Source: Candidatus Saccharimonadota bacterium | GTDB taxonomy: Bacteria > Patescibacteriota > Saccharimonadia > Saccharimonadales > UBA4665 | Reading direction: 5' to 3' | DNA: 32,000 nucleotides | NCBI GenBank assembly: GCA_028289125.1 | Contig: JAQGGZ010000008.1 | Span: 1-32,000, forward strand | Shown here: in pieces, positions 31,114 to 32,000 of the stretch | Layout: every line of letters begins with the position of its first letter | Position numbering within the stretch: the first letter of the stretch is position 1 | Translations under genes and position numbers: made by a program | The notes under the pieces: model-generated | Told to the model about the DNA's origin: nothing | What the model saw: only the letters and a program-made list of their open reading frames with translations | Database searches by the model: none

Positions 31114-31845
31114 TTGAGGCAGCATAAGGCGACCGACGTAGAGGCACTGAGCGATCACAATCAGCTGCTTTTATCATTGGCACAGCAGTTGCGACAACCG
31201 TTACTACATATTGCACGTCGTGCCGAACTCGGCCGGCTGCACGGCACCGACGACGAATCTCTTGAGAATATCCTGGTCAGCTCTGAAATGGCGCTGAGCC
31301 TGATTGACAACTATGTCCTGAGTCTGCAATCGCTGACCCGCGGTGACGATCTTCTGATGGAACCGGTCTCAGTCGCGGCCGTCATGCACGACGCGGCACA
31401 CGAGCTGAGCCCGGCGGCCAAGCAGTATGGCATTGAATTGCAACTCGATGCCGGCAGCCGCTGTGAAGCGGTCAGTACGCATCGGCCCAGCCTGCAGGCG
31501 GCGTTCGTCAGCCTTGGCCACGCCCTTATCGAAGCCCTGGCCAGCAGCGGCGCGACGGCCCAGACGCCGCTCAAGCTTGCCGTCCACCGCAACCGTGGTG
31601 GCGTCGTCGCCGGCCTGTACTGCGGCCGCGAAGAAATCACTGCTGAAGCGTTCCGGCGCAGCCAGATCCTGCACGGTAATGTCCGCCAGCCGCATGTCGG
31701 GCTGTCGGCTGCCGCCGGCACCGGCGTGTTCGTGGCTGACGCACTGTTCCAATCGCTCGCCACTAAGCTCAAAGTCTCGCGCTGGCACCATGAGTACGGT
31801 CTGGCCGCTACCTTGCCACCGCTCAATCAGTTACAATTAGTCTGA
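31114..31845 (+). CDS. Soluble histidine-kinase-like protein with a degenerate H-box (His replaced by Gln) and degenerate ATP-binding motifs
   Basis: 243 aa, TTG start preceded by GAGGGGG. SLAQQLRQPLLHI aligns to the HisKA consensus SHELRTPL with Q at the His position. The C-terminus AGTGVFVADALFQSL...GLAATLP resembles the G2 box and end of HATPase_c, but the N and DxGxG boxes are not evident. Confidence 0.7.
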   Translation: MRQHKATDVEALSDHNQLLLSLAQQLRQPLLHIARRAELGRLHGTDDESLENILVSSEMALSLIDNYVLSLQSLTRGDDLLMEPVSVAAVMHDAAHELSPAAKQYGIELQLDAGSRCEAVSTHRPSLQAAFVSLGHALIEALASSGATAQTPLKLAVHRNRGGVVAGLYCGREEITAEAFRRSQILHGNVRQPHVGLSAAAGTGVFVADALFQSLATKLKVSRWHHEYGLAATLPPLNQLQLV

Positions 31846-31846
31846 T

Positions 31847-32000
31847 ATGGCACATGTTCTTCTTATCGAGCCAGATCGCCCACTGGCCGCTATTTATGAG
31901 CAGGCCCTCATAGCGGCGGGCCATACCGTGGATATACGGTCGACCGCGCAGTCGGCCATCTTTGCGGCCGATGACCATAAACCTGACATAGTTTTGCTCG
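31847..32000 (+). CDS. Response regulator receiver domain, 3'-truncated by the window edge
   Basis: MAHVLLIEPDRPLAAIYEQALIAAGHTVDIRSTAQSAIFAADDHKPDIVLL is a typical receiver N-terminus. It starts 1 nt after the upstream stop. Confidence 0.8.
   Translation, partial: MAHVLLIEPDRPLAAIYEQALIAAGHTVDIRSTAQSAIFAADDHKPDIVLL

Noticed and set aside
31311-31826. 171-aa and 140-aa minus-strand ORFs, plus a +2-frame 137-aa ORF, opposite or within the kinase-like gene
   Set aside because: The translations are Ala/Arg/Ser/Pro-rich and low-complexity. The plus-strand frame carries a recognisable HisKA-like segment and an SD.
1-32000. Search for tRNA, rRNA, tmRNA, RNase P, riboswitch, CRISPR array, IS elements, integrase or a DGR (reverse transcriptase plus TR/VR)
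   Set aside because: No intergenic region exceeds 92 nt. I saw no regularly spaced direct repeats and no transposase, integrase or reverse-transcriptase-like ORF. The only notable direct repeat is the intragenic 36-nt-period repeat at 9756-9809.

Overview
The window is a very compact, mostly housekeeping chromosomal segment. I call 36 protein-coding genes (two truncated by the window edges) and no rRNA, tRNA, CRISPR, transposase or integrase. With my start-codon choices only about 780 nt (about 2.4%) is non-coding, and the longest intergenic gap is 92 nt.

Confidently recognised genes are serS, an hpf-like gene, secA, an M16 peptidase, cdsA, plsY, an MFS transporter, prfB, ftsE, ftsX, a coiled-coil/CHAP hydrolase (PcsB-like), an EEP-family hydrolase, an S41 C-terminal processing peptidase, pyrG, rpmA, xseA, xseB, a GNAT and two SAM methyltransferases. 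Standard genetic code is supported, because TGA is used as a stop and RF2 is present.

The small overlapping genes, Gram-positive-type division genes and many lineage-specific membrane proteins fit a reduced-genome bacterium such as a Patescibacteria/CPR (Saccharibacteria-like) lineage. This is a low-confidence inference.

The most interesting parts are:
1. A lower-GC two-gene module (7255-9953) encoding an orphan FtsK/HerA/VirD4-type P-loop ATPase with an unrecognised N-terminal domain, translationally coupled to a Cys/Ser/Asn-rich repeat protein.
2. A signalling cluster (22859-25446) with a stand-alone receiver, an acidic unknown protein, and an FHA domain fused to a papain/transglutaminase-like Cys-His-Asp domain.
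3. A recurrent promoter architecture: a TATAAT-like -10 box (with an upstream TGn extension in seven of the ten cases) lies 6-9 nt before the ATG of about ten genes. This implies widespread leaderless mRNAs, including two back-to-back divergent leaderless promoter pairs.
4. A histidine-kinase-like protein whose phospho-acceptor His is replaced by Gln, next to a response regulator.

I cannot show that any of these is truly undescribed without database searches.
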